Source: Candidatus Acidiferrales bacterium (lineage in GTDB: Bacteria > Chloroflexota > Dormibacteria > Aeolococcales > Aeolococcaceae). Taken from it: a DNA stretch of 64,000 nucleotides. Below are positions 47,484 through 58,526 of the stretch, one piece after another. Every line of letters begins with the position of its first letter. The stretch's first letter is position 1. The notes under the pieces are model-generated. The model had not been told where the DNA came from and did not search any database. It saw only the letters and a program-made list of their open reading frames with translations. The DNA is taken from contig DATLRX010000011.1 of the NCBI GenBank assembly GCA_035534435.1, forward strand, positions 5,857-69,856, read 5' to 3'. The translations under genes and the position numbers were made by a program.

Positions 47484-50400
47484 ATGACGGGCAAGGAGCG
47501 ATCTCCGTTCATCGCTGCGCTGCACGATCGGGTGCTCGTGTTCGACGGCGCGATGGGGACGAGCCTGCACTCCGAGAACCCGACCATCGAGGACTACGGT
47601 GGCGCCGCGCTCGAGGGCTGGATGGACGGCCTCGCGATCCATGCGCCGCAGATCGTGGAGCGGGTGCACCGCGGATTCCTCGACGCCGGCTGCGACGTCA
47701 TCGAAACGTGCTCCTTCCAGGCAACGCGGCCGCGCCTCGAGGAGTGGGGCCAGGGCGGGCTGACCCGGGAGCTCAACGTGACCGCCGCGCAGCTCGCGCG
47801 GCGCGTCGCCGGCGAGTACTCGCAGGACGGCCGTCCCCGTTTCGTTGCGGGAAGCATCGGGCCGACCGGGTTCCTGCCGGCGTCGAGCGATCCGTCGATG
47901 AGCCGCCTCGGGTTCGCGGAGCTCGTGCCGGTGTTTCACGAGCAGGCCGCGGCGCTCATCGAAGGCGGCGTCGACGTGCTGATCATCGAGACACAGCAGG
48001 ACATCCTCGAGACCAAAGCCGCCGTGTTCGGCTCGCGCAGCGCTGTCGAGGAGTCCGGGCGTCCGGTCCCGATCATCGCGTCGGTGTCGCTCGACGTGAC
48101 CGGCCGCATGCTGCTCGGGACCGACATCGCCGCGGTCCTCGCGATCCTCGAGTCGCTCCACGTCGACGTCATCGGCCTCAACTGCTCGACGGGTCCGGAG
48201 CACATGCGCGAGCCGATCCGATACCTGACGAGTCACACCGCCGTCCCGGTGGCGTGCATCCCGAACGCCGGCCTGCCGCTCAACGTCGAGGGACGCGCGC
48301 ACTACCCACTCGAGGCAGTCCCGATGGCATCGGAGCTCGCGAGCTTCGTGCGCGAGTACGGCGTCAACATCGTCGGCGGGTGCTGCGGCTCGACGAACGA
48401 GCACATCCGCGAGCTCGTTCAGCACGTCCGCGCGGTGCACCGCGCGCCGCGCACCTCGCTCGACACCGCGCCGCGCCTCGCGAGCGCGATGCACGCCATC
48501 GAGCTGCATCAGCAGCCCGCGCCGCTCCTCATCGGCGAGCGCGTGAATGCGCAGGGCTCGCGCGCGGTCAAACGGCTGCTGCTCGCCGACGATTACGACG
48601 GGATCCTCGGTATCGCGCGAACGCAGGTCGAAGGCGGTGCGCACGCGCTCGACCTGTGCGTCGCGGTGACCGAACGCAGCGATGAGGCCGACCAGATGCG
48701 GACCGTGGTGAAGACGCTGCAGATGAGCGTCGACGCCCCGCTGGTCATCGACAGCACCGATGCCGATGTCATCCACGCGGCGCTCGAGGTGTATCCCGGA
48801 CGCGGCATCGTCAACAGCGTCAACCTCGAGAACGGACGCAAGCGGTGCGACGCGGTCCTGCCCCTGGTGCGCGACCACGGCGCCTGCGTGATCGCGCTCA
48901 CGATCGACGAGCTGGGGATGGCGCGCACCGCAGATCGCAAGGTCGAGATCGCGCGCCGGATCCATGACCTCGCGCGCGATGAGTTCGGGCTGACGCCCGA
49001 CCAGCTGATGTTCGACGCGCTCACGTTCACGCTGGCAACCGGCGAGGCCGAGTGGATCGACTCCGCGCACGAGACGATCGAGGGGATCCGCACCATCAAG
49101 CGTGAGCTGCCGGGCGTGCTCACCGTGCTCGGCGTGTCCAACGTGTCGTTCGGACTCGCGCCGCACATGCGGCCCGTCCTCAACAGCGTGTTCCTGCACC
49201 ACTGCGTCGAAGCGGGGCTTGACGCGGCGATCATCAACCCGACGCATGTCGTGCCGTACGGCGAGATCGACCCACAGACCCGGCGGCTTGCCGAGGAGCT
49301 GGTGTTCAACAGCGTGCCCGACGCGCTGACGCGCTTCATCGCGCACTTCGACGGCGAGCCGTCTGCGGGCGGCGCGGGCCTTCCGGAGACCGCGGATCCG
49401 TACGAGGGCATGACGACGGTGGAGCGCATCCACGCGCAGATCCTCCATCGCCGCAAGGACGGCATCGAGGAGCAGATCGACCTCGCGCTGCGTGACCTCG
49501 ACGCGGTCACCGTCCTCAACACCGTGCTGCTGCCCGCGATGAAGGACGTCGGCGACCGTTTCGGTTCGGGTGAGTTGATCCTGCCCTTCGTCCTGCAGAG
49601 CGCGGAGGTGATGAAGCGCGCGGTGGCGCATCTCGAGCAGTACCTCGAGAAGCGCGAGGGATACACGAAGGGCAAGGTCGTGCTCGCCACGGTGTACGGC
49701 GATGTGCACGACATCGGCAAGAACCTCGTGAACACCATCCTCAGCAACAACGGGTACACCGTGTTCGACCTCGGCAAGCAGGTGCCGCTCAACACGATCC
49801 TCGACAAGGCGCAGGAGATCGACGCCGACGCGATCGGCCTGTCCGCGCTCCTGGTGAGCACGAGCAAGCAGATGCCCGCATGCGTCAAGGAGCTCGATGA
49901 ACGCGGTCTGAGCTATCCGCTGATCATCGGTGGCGCGGCGATCAACCGCGGCTTCGGGCGGCGCATCCTCTATCTCGACGAGGAGCGCGCGTACGCTCCC
50001 GGCGTCTTCTACTGCAAGGATGCCTTCGAAGGACTCGAGACGATCGATCAGCTCCTCGACCCCGATCGGCACGACGCGCTGCTCACCAAGGTGCTCGACG
50101 AGGCGCGGGTCCATCGCGAGCGCGAGCGCGAGAAGCTCGAGCGTCGCAACGCGGCCGCCGCCGGAGCCGGCTCCCTTCCCGCGCGCAGCGCGGCGCGACG
50201 CGACGCGCCGATTCCCACGGTGCCCTTCTGGGGCGCGCGCGTGCTGCGCGACATCCCGATCTGGGACGTGTACCCGCACATCGATCGCAACTCTCTCTAC
50301 AAGATGAGCTGGCAGTTCCGCGGCGTGCGTGACCCGGCGAGATGGGAGGAGCTGCTGCGCACCGAGCTCGAGCCGCGTCTCCAGCGTTCGATGGAGGAGG

Positions 50401-51050
50401 CGGTGAGCGACGGATGGCTCCAGCTCGAAGCCGTGTACGGATACTGGCCCGCGCTCGCCGACGGCAACACCGTGATCGTCTACGACCCCGGCGACATCGA
50501 CGCCGAGCTCGGACGATTCACCTTCCCGCGTCAGAACGAGCAGCAGCGTCTCTGCCTCGCCGACTATGTCCGTCCTGTGGAGGATGCCGCCGACGGCGAG
50601 CGCGACGTCATCGCGCTGCAGGTTGTCACCACCGGCCCCGGTGCGTCCGAGCTGTCCAACCGTCTGCAGGTCGACGGCGCGTACGACGACATGCTCCGAG
50701 TCCACGGCTTCGCCACGCAAATGGCCGAGGCGACGGCGGAATACGTGCACCACCGCATCCGTCGCGAGCTGCGCCTTCCCGACGAGCAGGGCCGCCGGTA
50801 CTCGTGGGGCTATCCGTCGTGTCCCGACCTCGAGGACCACGAGACACTCATGCGCATCGTGCCGGCCGGCGAGATCGGCGTCACGCTGACCGAGGGATAT
50901 CAGTTCGTGCCGGAGCAGTCGACGGGGGCGATCGTGCTCCATCATCCGGAAGCCCGCTACTTCGCGGTCTACGGCGGCTCGACGGTCGAGGAGGATGCGC
51001 CGGGAGCGCCGGAGAGCCCGTCCCCACCGCAGGGATACAGCGCCGCTTGA
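47484..51050 (+). CDS. metH: cobalamin-dependent methionine synthase
   Basis: The Hcy-binding domain ([15 protein letters not shown]), pterin-binding domain, B12 domain (GDVHDIGKN) and activation domain are all present. I chose the ATG at 47484 ([13 protein letters not shown]). Confidence 0.95.
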   Translation: MTGKERSPFIAALHDRVLVFDGAMGTSLHSENPTIEDYGGAALEGWMDGLAIHAPQIVERVHRGFLDAGCDVIETCSFQATRPRLEEWGQGGLTRELNVTAAQLARRVAGEYSQDGRPRFVAGSIGPTGFLPASSDPSMSRLGFAELVPVFHEQAAALIEGGVDVLIIETQQDILETKAAVFGSRSAVEESGRPVPIIASVSLDVTGRMLLGTDIAAVLAILESLHVDVIGLNCSTGPEHMREPIRYLTSHTAVPVACIPNAGLPLNVEGRAHYPLEAVPMASELASFVREYGVNIVGGCCGSTNEHIRELVQHVRAVHRAPRTSLDTAPRLASAMHAIELHQQPAPLLIGERVNAQGSRAVKRLLLADDYDGILGIARTQVEGGAHALDLCVAVTERSDEADQMRTVVKTLQMSVDAPLVIDSTDADVIHAALEVYPGRGIVNSVNLENGRKRCDAVLPLVRDHGACVIALTIDELGMARTADRKVEIARRIHDLARDEFGLTPDQLMFDALTFTLATGEAEWIDSAHETIEGIRTIKRELPGVLTVLGVSNVSFGLAPHMRPVLNSVFLHHCVEAGLDAAIINPTHVVPYGEIDPQTRRLAEELVFNSVPDALTRFIAHFDGEPSAGGAGLPETADPYEGMTTVERIHAQILHRRKDGIEEQIDLALRDLDAVTVLNTVLLPAMKDVGDRFGSGELILPFVLQSAEVMKRAVAHLEQYLEKREGYTKGKVVLATVYGDVHDIGKNLVNTILSNNGYTVFDLGKQVPLNTILDKAQEIDADAIGLSALLVSTSKQMPACVKELDERGLSYPLIIGGAAINRGFGRRILYLDEERAYAPGVFYCKDAFEGLETIDQLLDPDRHDALLTKVLDEARVHREREREKLERRNAAAAGAGSLPARSAARRDAPIPTVPFWGARVLRDIPIWDVYPHIDRNSLYKMSWQFRGVRDPARWEELLRTELEPRLQRSMEEAVSDGWLQLEAVYGYWPALADGNTVIVYDPGDIDAELGRFTFPRQNEQQRLCLADYVRPVEDAADGERDVIALQVVTTGPGASELSNRLQVDGAYDDMLRVHGFATQMAEATAEYVHHRIRRELRLPDEQGRRYSWGYPSCPDLEDHETLMRIVPAGEIGVTLTEGYQFVPEQSTGAIVLHHPEARYFAVYGGSTVEEDAPGAPESPSPPQGYSAA

Positions 51051-51078
51051 CGTGCGGTCGCCTCGCAGGCGATCGGCC

Positions 51079-52740
51079 TCAGCAGAACAGGCTCGCGTCC
51101 TTCGACAGCCGCGATGCCACGTCGTAGCCGTACACGGAGATGGTGTACGGCCCGCGCGTGTACACGGTCTCGGGTGGTCCGAAGATCGCTGCCGACGGCA
51201 GCGACTTCCCGCAGGACTCACCCGTCCAGGGCGTGATGATGAACGTGGTTCCCGCTGCCGGTGCGTACTCGCCTTTGGGTGCGAAGTCATAGGGACACAG
51301 GCTCGCGGCCCCGCCCGCGCACGCTGTGGAGCCACCGAGCAGCGGCCACACGGACAGCGCGCCGTTCGACCGCCAGTCGAGGTCGTACGACTCCCAGTAT
51401 CCGGCATAGCCACGCGTCAGCCCGTGCTCGAGGAGCACGGGCAGCGGGTCATCCGCTGCGGGCACCTGGAGCTGATCGTAGAAGTGCGATGCGTCGAACG
51501 TGGCGGTGCTCACCGCATTGTTGACCGCGAACAGGCCGAACACACCCACGGCCAGGAGCGCCGCCGCGCCGGCGCGTGAGTGCCGGCGCGCGAGCGAGGT
51601 GGGTCCGAATCGGATGACGATCGCGGGGAGCAGCGCCGCCGCGGCGAGGTAGCAGCCGACGAGATAGCGCCCCTGCATCGGAGCCCCACCCGCACCGTAG
51701 CCGAGGAAGACGAAGGCGCCGAGCAGGAACGCGAACGCCATGCCCCAGAAGAGTCCATACGCCGCGAGCGACGTCTCCACCGATGCGGGCCGCGGGCCGG
51801 CGACGGTGCGCTGTCCAGCACCGACCGCCACAAGAGCGACAACGCTGCCCACGGCGACGACGCAGAGTCCCGCAGCGAGCACGGATATCGCCTCGCCGTA
51901 CCATCCGCCACCGATCGTCCATGCGAGCGTCTGCATCGCCAGCCCGATGCCACGGATGACGCCGCTGATACCGCCGCTGCCGGGCAGGATGGAAACGGTG
52001 CGGATTCCCTGCACGCTCATCACGAGGAACGAGAGGCATGCCGCGACGAGCGTGCCGGACAATGTGACGAGGGACGAGCGGACCTGATGCGCGGGGAGGC
52101 GCCGGCGCAGCACCGCGACCGTCGCGATGTACGGCACGACTCCGAACGCGAGCAGCTGCGGGTCGGTGACGACACCCACGCCGACGGCGACGCCGACGAG
52201 CACAGAGCGAGATACGCTGCGCTGCTCGCGCACATCGAGCACGAGGTGCCACGCGAGCAGGACCGCGGCGGCGTAGGTGGTGATGTGGTTGTCGGGAAAC
52301 AGCAGCGGCCACAGCACCACCGTCGGGAGCACGAGCAGCAGCACCGACGTGAGGAATGTTCCCTTGCGACCGAGCACGAGGTGCGCGGTGCGCACGAGGA
52401 GCAATCCCATCGCCACCGTGAGCACAGGTCCGGTCCAGTACTCGATGCCGGCGCGGAACGGCACCCACTGGAGCAGCTCGTCGAACCAGATGACGCCGAT
52501 CGACGTCTGCGTCGGCAGGAGTTGCGGACCGTGGCCCGTCGCGAGTCCCTGGGCGATGTAGCTCAGCTCCGGCGCGTCGCTGAAGCGGTAGACCGCCGCA
52601 AGGAGCGTCGGCAACCGCAGCAACGTGACGGTGAAGGACACGAGCGCGGCCACGCCCGCGAGCCCGCCGAGGATGCCGAGAGTCTTCAGGCGCCTCGACC
52701 CGGCGCGGGACACCACCGCGATGGTCTGTACATCCGCCAC
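51079..52740 (-). CDS. polytopic membrane protein with C-terminal extracytoplasmic domain (function unknown)
   Basis: At least 10 hydrophobic segments are followed by a roughly 150-aa soluble tail with 4 Cys. I chose the GTG at 52740, because upstream ORF residues are Arg/Ser/Thr-rich junk. Confidence 0.6.
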   Translation of the reverse strand: MADVQTIAVVSRAGSRRLKTLGILGGLAGVAALVSFTVTLLRLPTLLAAVYRFSDAPELSYIAQGLATGHGPQLLPTQTSIGVIWFDELLQWVPFRAGIEYWTGPVLTVAMGLLLVRTAHLVLGRKGTFLTSVLLLVLPTVVLWPLLFPDNHITTYAAAVLLAWHLVLDVREQRSVSRSVLVGVAVGVGVVTDPQLLAFGVVPYIATVAVLRRRLPAHQVRSSLVTLSGTLVAACLSFLVMSVQGIRTVSILPGSGGISGVIRGIGLAMQTLAWTIGGGWYGEAISVLAAGLCVVAVGSVVALVAVGAGQRTVAGPRPASVETSLAAYGLFWGMAFAFLLGAFVFLGYGAGGAPMQGRYLVGCYLAAAALLPAIVIRFGPTSLARRHSRAGAAALLAVGVFGLFAVNNAVSTATFDASHFYDQLQVPAADDPLPVLLEHGLTRGYAGYWESYDLDWRSNGALSVWPLLGGSTACAGGAASLCPYDFAPKGEYAPAAGTTFIITPWTGESCGKSLPSAAIFGPPETVYTRGPYTISVYGYDVASRLSKDASLFC

Positions 52741-52807
52741 CCGGCACAGCCTAGGCGCGACCGGCTCCGTGGTCCCGTTTCGATGCGCGAATGTGACGCC
52801 CCCGGCG

Positions 52808-53101
52808 CTACTCCGCGTAGCGGCGGATGCGCTCGTCCTCCGCGCCGTGCTCGTGCTGGTACAGCGAGCACGACTCCGGCGACGAGATGCACGGCGGCAC
52901 GGGGTGGCGGCCGGTGAACCGGTGGGTGTGCCGGTCGACATGGCAGTCGGCCTTGTAGCGGGTCAGGAGACCGAAGGGCCCGGCGCTCTCGCGGAGGATC
53001 TGCTCCAGATACGGGCACCGGCGGCCGTGCGGACGCGACTGCGCGGACTGGCGATGCGGCTCCGGGCGGCCTCGTTGCGGCGGTGGTGGTTCTGGTCGCA
53101 T
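52808..53101 (-). CDS. small Cys/His-rich protein
   Basis: 97 aa. Codon third positions are strongly G/C from about codon 25 on. The pattern reads C-x22-C-H-x3-H-x-H-x5-H-x4-C-x7-C-x4-H-x-H. The gene lies 21 nt downstream of the receiver gene. Confidence 0.5.
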   Translation of the reverse strand: MRPEPPPPQRGRPEPHRQSAQSRPHGRRCPYLEQILRESAGPFGLLTRYKADCHVDRHTHRFTGRHPVPPCISSPESCSLYQHEHGAEDERIRRYAE

Positions 53102-53122
53102 CGCCCCCCGAGTGTAGTGCTC

Positions 53123-53512
53123 CTACTGGGCGAGCATCGACTGGATGCGCGAGGCGAGTTCCTTGATCTTGAAGGGCTTGGCGAGCGTCTGGACGTTGCC
53201 GTATGCCTCGAGCTTCGGAGCCGTCGAGGCGTTGACGAGCGCACTCACCACGAGGACCTTCGGGTCGCTGCCGTGGTCGGAGCGGATCCGCTCGAGCACC
53301 TGGGTTCCCGAGAGGTCGCCCGGCAGCATGAGGTCGAGCAGCACGAGGTCAGGCTGGAACTCCCCGAACGCCGCGAGGCCTTCGTCGCCGCTCTTCGCCA
53401 CCTTCACCTCATAGCCCTCCATCGTGCAGAGCAGAGATTCGATGTCGGCGAGCGCGTAATAGTCCTCGATGATCAGGACCTTCTTCATGGCGGTACTCGT
53501 CGCTGGGCTCAT
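53123..53512 (-). CDS. single-domain response regulator (CheY-like receiver)
   Basis: LIIEDYY, the phospho-acceptor context LVLLDLMLPG, VVSA and AKPF are present. An alternative ATG lies at 53488. Confidence 0.85.
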   Translation of the reverse strand: MSPATSTAMKKVLIIEDYYALADIESLLCTMEGYEVKVAKSGDEGLAAFGEFQPDLVLLDLMLPGDLSGTQVLERIRSDHGSDPKVLVVSALVNASTAPKLEAYGNVQTLAKPFKIKELASRIQSMLAQ

Positions 53513-53625
53513 GGTGGGGCGGGCCGAATATAGCACGGGGTTTTCCGCCGTTCCGAGCATGTCGACTGCGTGACCGATCCGTCACCCTTGTACGCGGGCC
53601 GACACGACGGTCGGCGTCGGCCCGG

Positions 53626-54792
53626 TCAGATCGACCGGTCGATCAGCGTCCCTGTGCCGAGACCGCCGCCGCAGCACATCGCCTGCAGGCCGTATCGCGC
53701 GTTGCGGCGCTCGAGCTCGTGGAGCAACGTCGTCATGAGGCGCGCGCCGCTGGCGCCGAGCGGGTGGCCCAGCGCGATGGCGCCGCCGTTGACGTTCACC
53801 CGCTCCATGTCGGGGTGATGCTCCTGTGCCCAGGCCAGCACCACCGGTGCGAAGGCCTCGTTGATCTCGAAGAGGTCGACGTCGCCGATGGTGAGGCCGG
53901 ACCGCTGCAGCAGCCGCGCGGTCGCGGGAATGGGGCCGGTGAGCATCGTGACGGGGTCGACGCCGACCACGGTCTGACCCGCGATGCGCGCGCGGGGCGT
54001 GACTCCAAGGGCCAACGCGCGCTCCACCGACATGAGCAGCACGGCCGCCGCGCCGTCGGTGATCTGCGAGCTGTTGCCGGCGTGCATGATGCCGTCGGGC
54101 TTGAACGAGGGCTGCAACGCCGCGAGCGTCTGCACCGTCGTGTCCGCGCGGATCCCCTGGTCCTGGCTGATCACTCGACCATCGCCGTTGGCGCCGACGA
54201 CCACGGGCGCGATCTCACGGTCGAACCGCCCCGCCGCCTGCGCCTCACCGGCGCGGCGCTGCGACTCGGCGGAGAACTCGTCGGCCTGCTCGCGAGTGAT
54301 GTGCCACTGCTCGGCGATCATCTCGGCCGACAGTCCCTGGGGAACCAGGTTGTAGACCTCGAGCAGTTCGGGTGGGAACGGCGCGCCGGGGCCCTGGAAG
54401 ACGGTGCTGCCCATCGGCACGCGGCTCATGCTCTCGACCCCTGCCGCGATCGTGATGTCGCACACGCCGGACTGGATGAGATTGGCGGCGAAGTGGATCG
54501 CCTGCTGTGACGAACCGCACTGCCGGTCGACCGTGGTCGCCGGGACCTCGACCGGGAACCCGGCGGCGAGCGTCGCCTGGCGTCCGATGTTCACCGACTG
54601 CTCGCCCGTCTGGCTGACGCATCCGAAGATGACGTCGCCGACCATCGCCGGGTCGATGCCGGCACGGCCGGTGACCTCGCGAAGGACGTGGGCGGCGAGC
54701 AGCACCGGGTGGACGTCGCGGAGGTCCCCGTTGCGCTGGTTGCCACGGCCCAGCGGGGTACGTACGGCTTCAACGATCACGACGTCAGTCAT
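53626..54792 (-). CDS. acetyl-CoA C-acetyltransferase (thiolase)
   Basis: The active-site Cys region [30 protein letters not shown] and the C-terminal CCGGG are present. Confidence 0.93.
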   Translation of the reverse strand: MTDVVIVEAVRTPLGRGNQRNGDLRDVHPVLLAAHVLREVTGRAGIDPAMVGDVIFGCVSQTGEQSVNIGRQATLAAGFPVEVPATTVDRQCGSSQQAIHFAANLIQSGVCDITIAAGVESMSRVPMGSTVFQGPGAPFPPELLEVYNLVPQGLSAEMIAEQWHITREQADEFSAESQRRAGEAQAAGRFDREIAPVVVGANGDGRVISQDQGIRADTTVQTLAALQPSFKPDGIMHAGNSSQITDGAAAVLLMSVERALALGVTPRARIAGQTVVGVDPVTMLTGPIPATARLLQRSGLTIGDVDLFEINEAFAPVVLAWAQEHHPDMERVNVNGGAIALGHPLGASGARLMTTLLHELERRNARYGLQAMCCGGGLGTGTLIDRSI

Positions 54793-54875
54793 GGGTTCTC
54801 ACTTTCCGATGGTGTGGCGTTCGCAAAAGCTCGTCGATAGCCAACCTTAGCAGCGGGTCCGGGCGAGCGGCCTCC

Positions 54876-56471
54876 TCAGCCGTCGAAGCGGTAGACGGAG
54901 ATCAGCGCCGGCCGCGCCGTCGACGGGTCGACCGGGTTGGCGGGCGACCGCTCCGTGGCCACGAGCGTCCAGCCGGCAGGTGGTGCCGGGTCGACCCCGT
55001 CATTGAGCACGAGCACGTCTCCCGGCGACGCGGTGGGCTCGACGAGCTGAGGCGGCGTGACCTGCATGCCGAGCGCCGTGAGACCGGGAGTGGCATCGTC
55101 GGTCACCGGATCCGCCGGTGGCGCCGGCAGGAGCGCGAAGAACGCCTCGATGTACGGTGGATCGAGGTTGCTCGACAGGTAGACCCGGTGCCCGCCCGCC
55201 TCCGCGCGCGCCGTCGTGATGGCGGCGATCTCCCCGGTGTCGAAATCGATCGCGGCCCGGTTGGGGTACGCCGTGTAGAGATCGACGGTGAAGAGCGCCC
55301 CCTGAACGAGCAGCCCCGCCGCGAGCACCCCGGTCACCGCGAGGAGCGCCTGGGGCCGGTCCCCGACGGCCTTGCGGATGCCGTCGGCGCCGAGGATCGC
55401 CAGCACGACGAGCAGGGGGAGCATTCCCGACGAGCGCAGCGCGTGCGGCGTCCCGTTGTTGGTGAGCGCGGCGGCGATCGGCGCCAGGACGATGGCCGCC
55501 GCGAGGAACTGGATGAGCGGCTGCCGCCGCCGCTGCCAGCAGACGAGCAGCCCGGCCACCAGCAGCGGCGCGGTGACCCACAGCAGCATCCCGCCGATCC
55601 CGGTGTTCTGGCGGGGATTCGCATCGCCGTTGACAAACAGGAAGCTCGGCGAGAAGTAGGTGATGTAGTTGACGAGAAAGCGGTCGACGACGACGTTGAG
55701 CGGCGCGCCGTCGGCCCAGATGCTGATCAGGCCGAACCGCCCGGTCAGGGCCCCGGGATTGAGGAGCGAGTAGACCCCGAGCACCACGTACCCCATGAAG
55801 ACGGGCACCATCGCCCGCCACCAGCCGGACGTGCGGGCGACCCCCCAGACCACCGCAAGGGCGATCGCTATCAAAAGCACCTCGAGGCGCGCGGTCGTGT
55901 AGCCGTAGATGGCGAAGGCGAGGAACACGCCGGCCAGGCCGAACTGTCGCGGCGTGGGCGTGCGCGCCGACAGACACCAGACCGCCGCCGACAGGAGCGC
56001 GACCATCGAGATCGTCTCGAACCCGACGCGGCTCTCGATGACGAGCCACGGTGTCAGCGCGGTGAGCAGCAGCGTGCCGAGCGTGATGACCCTCGACCCC
56101 GTGAGCCGCCACGCTGCGGCCGACAGGAAGCCGACCACCGCGAGGCCGAAGATCGCCGCCGGGAAGCGCTCCACCGCCACGGTCAGCGGCAGGAACCGCA
56201 CCAGCGCGGCGACGCTGTAGACGTAGACCGGGTTCTTGTACTCGCCAAACGCCTCGAAGAAGAGCGGGAGGTGGATGCCGTGCTCGTCGACGCCGAAGTG
56301 GGCGATCGTCCAGGCGTTGTAGCCGATCGACGCCTCGTCGACGTACAGGCCGGGAGGAGATCCCGCCAGATCCACGATATTGCGCACCGCGACGAGCGCG
56401 GCGCAGAAGGCGAAGGCGCCGATCCAGAGACGGCGGTGTCCCCGCCCGGTATCCGGCTCCGGGTCACCCAC
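54876..56471 (-). CDS. GT-C fold (ArnT/PMT-like) membrane glycosyltransferase
   Basis: The N-terminal loop motif VDEASIGYNAWTI...HLPLFF.AFGEYKNP is followed by at least 10 TM segments and a C-terminal soluble domain. Confidence 0.7.
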   Translation of the reverse strand: MGDPEPDTGRGHRRLWIGAFAFCAALVAVRNIVDLAGSPPGLYVDEASIGYNAWTIAHFGVDEHGIHLPLFFEAFGEYKNPVYVYSVAALVRFLPLTVAVERFPAAIFGLAVVGFLSAAAWRLTGSRVITLGTLLLTALTPWLVIESRVGFETISMVALLSAAVWCLSARTPTPRQFGLAGVFLAFAIYGYTTARLEVLLIAIALAVVWGVARTSGWWRAMVPVFMGYVVLGVYSLLNPGALTGRFGLISIWADGAPLNVVVDRFLVNYITYFSPSFLFVNGDANPRQNTGIGGMLLWVTAPLLVAGLLVCWQRRRQPLIQFLAAAIVLAPIAAALTNNGTPHALRSSGMLPLLVVLAILGADGIRKAVGDRPQALLAVTGVLAAGLLVQGALFTVDLYTAYPNRAAIDFDTGEIAAITTARAEAGGHRVYLSSNLDPPYIEAFFALLPAPPADPVTDDATPGLTALGMQVTPPQLVEPTASPGDVLVLNDGVDPAPPAGWTLVATERSPANPVDPSTARPALISVYRFDG

Positions 56472-57186
56472 GAGCTGCGGCGACGAAGTCCTGGAACAGC
56501 CTGCGTGCCCAGGGGCGCTCGAGATACAGCTCCTCGGGATGGCACTGCACCCCGACCACGAAGCGCCGTCCCGGGTGCTCGACCGCCTCGACGAGGCCGT
56601 CGTGCGCTCGCGCGCTCACGACGAGATCGTGCCCCAGATCGCGCACCGCCTGGTGATGCATGCTGTTGACGTCGACCCGCTCGTCGCCGGCGATGGTGTG
56701 GAGGCGCGACTCCGGCAGCACCTCGATGTGGTGGGTGACCTCGCCGCGCGTGCTCGGGGGATAGTGGTTGTGCTCCGTGGCGAGCATCGCGCCGACGTCC
56801 TGCCAGAGCGTCCCGCCGAGCGCCACGTTCAGCACCTGGGCGCCTCTGCAGATCGCCAGCAGCGGCTTGTCCGCCTCGAGTGCCCAGCGCGCCAGCAGCA
56901 TCTCGGCTCGATCGAGCTCAGGGTCGACCTCGACCGAGCAGTCGGCGCGGATCTCCTCGCCGTACAGCGTCGGTTGCACGTCTGGCCCGCCCGGGAGGCA
57001 GAGACCGTCGCAGAGGTCGAACAGCCGGCGCAACGTCGCTTCGGAGAGCGACACGCTCATCCCCACCGGGGTCGCGCCCGCTGCTTCCAGCGCGTCGAAA
57101 TAGGCGCGATTGCGCGCCAGCACCGGCGGAAGGTTCAGCTCGGCCGGCGCGCGCAGCGTGATGCCGATCAGCGGTGGCCGCGTCAT
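56464..57186 (-). CDS. class-I glutamine amidotransferase, peptidase C26 / PuuD-like gamma-glutamyl hydrolase
   Basis: The nucleophile context ICRGAQVLN and the HHQA and GVQCHPE motifs are present. Confidence 0.85.
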   Translation of the reverse strand: MTRPPLIGITLRAPAELNLPPVLARNRAYFDALEAAGATPVGMSVSLSEATLRRLFDLCDGLCLPGGPDVQPTLYGEEIRADCSVEVDPELDRAEMLLARWALEADKPLLAICRGAQVLNVALGGTLWQDVGAMLATEHNHYPPSTRGEVTHHIEVLPESRLHTIAGDERVDVNSMHHQAVRDLGHDLVVSARAHDGLVEAVEHPGRRFVVGVQCHPEELYLERPWARRLFQDFVAAARG

Positions 57187-57203
57187 GGAGCCATCTTCGC
57201 CGG

Positions 57204-58526
57204 TCAGGACGAGAAGGTGAACCGATTGATGCGCAACCAGGGCGCGAGCACGCCCGACTCGCCTTCCCCGAGCTCGAGGCGCCGCTCGCGGCTCACGTCG
57301 ACGACGCCGTCGAGCGCGCCGACGATGCTCTCTGTGAAGCGGAGGTCCTTCACGGGCCGGGTGATCCGGCCGTTCTCGATGAGGAACGTCCCCTCACGGG
57401 TCATGCCGGTGATGACCGTACGCAGCGGGTGCACGTCGCGGACGTACCAGAAGCGCGTGACGTACAGCCCGCGCGATACCGAGGACACCATGTCCTTCCA
57501 GGGAGTCGTCCCCGCGTCCATCACCACGTGGCGCGGCAGCGGTCCCCGCGTGTTCGGCTGCGGGAGGGAATGGCCGGTTGAAGAGACGCCGTCGCGCAGC
57601 GCGGTGGGCGTGTCGTACACGACACCGGCACACACTCCGTGATCGATGAGGCGCAGCGCCTGCGTCGACACACCCTCGGCGTCGAACGGAAACGGAAAGA
57701 CGTCGAGTGCCGTCGCGTCGTCGCGGATGGTGACGAGCTCGCTCATCAACCGCTCGTCCATGCGCATGAAGCTGCGGTGCTCCTGGGTCGCCAGGGCGCT
57801 GAAGCCGACCCACGCGAGGTGCTCGAGCAGATCCGTGACCGCATATGGGGAGAGCACGACCTCGTAGTCGCCGGGATCGATCGCCGTCGCGCCCTGGTTG
57901 CGCTCGCAGGTGTCGACGACCTCGGTGGCGAGACCGTCGACGTCGAGCGCGTCGACGTCCGCCGAATGCCGCGATGCGTAGCCGCCGCCGTCGTCGCCGC
58001 GGGCCACGCTGACGACGCTGGCCTGCGTCGCGGTGGCGGCGCGGCGCACGCCGGCGGTGGTCACGATGGCGGTCGTGCGCGTGCCGGTGCTCAGCGCGCC
58101 GTACGCGTTGACGTCGTGCGCCCGCGCAGCGCCGGTCACGATCGACACCAGCCCGGCGCGCTGTTCCGGCGTCGCCGCGGCCGTGGCCGGCGCGAAGGCG
58201 ACCGGCCCGCCCGCACGGTGGTCCGGCGCCGGCAGCGGCGAGACGCCGGAACCGGTGCCGACGCGCCGGCTCTCCTCCGCAGCGTGCAGCGCCCGCTCGA
58301 CCGCGGCCTCACCAAAGCCGCGTACCTCACCGACGCCGACTCGGTTGTCGTCGATCAGCCGCACGCGGACGTAGCGCGACCGCTCCGCGACGCTCTGATG
58401 GATCTCGTTGCCGGCAAACCGGGTCAGCTCGCTCGTGTCGTCGACGATGACCAGCTCGGCATCGCCACGCTCCAGACGGGCGAGCGCCGCGTCGCCGGCT
58501 GCGAGCAGCTCGTCGTCACGGCTCAT
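57204..58526 (-). CDS. pmbA: TldE/PmbA-family metalloprotease subunit
   Basis: The sequence is TldD/PmbA-family along its length. The ATG at 58526 overlaps the tldD stop (ATGA). Confidence 0.8.
   Translation of the reverse strand: MSRDDELLAAGDAALARLERGDAELVIVDDTSELTRFAGNEIHQSVAERSRYVRVRLIDDNRVGVGEVRGFGEAAVERALHAAEESRRVGTGSGVSPLPAPDHRAGGPVAFAPATAAATPEQRAGLVSIVTGAARAHDVNAYGALSTGTRTTAIVTTAGVRRAATATQASVVSVARGDDGGGYASRHSADVDALDVDGLATEVVDTCERNQGATAIDPGDYEVVLSPYAVTDLLEHLAWVGFSALATQEHRSFMRMDERLMSELVTIRDDATALDVFPFPFDAEGVSTQALRLIDHGVCAGVVYDTPTALRDGVSSTGHSLPQPNTRGPLPRHVVMDAGTTPWKDMVSSVSRGLYVTRFWYVRDVHPLRTVITGMTREGTFLIENGRITRPVKDLRFTESIVGALDGVVDVSRERRLELGEGESGVLAPWLRINRFTFSS

Noticed and set aside
47004-51413. 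A 1469-aa ORF on the minus strand, the longest in the window.
   Set aside because: It is exactly antisense to metH and infA-adjacent DNA. It is Arg/Ala/Gly/Asp-rich with no recognisable motif. This is the usual open antisense frame of a high-GC gene with strong G/C at third codon positions. metH on the plus strand is unambiguous.
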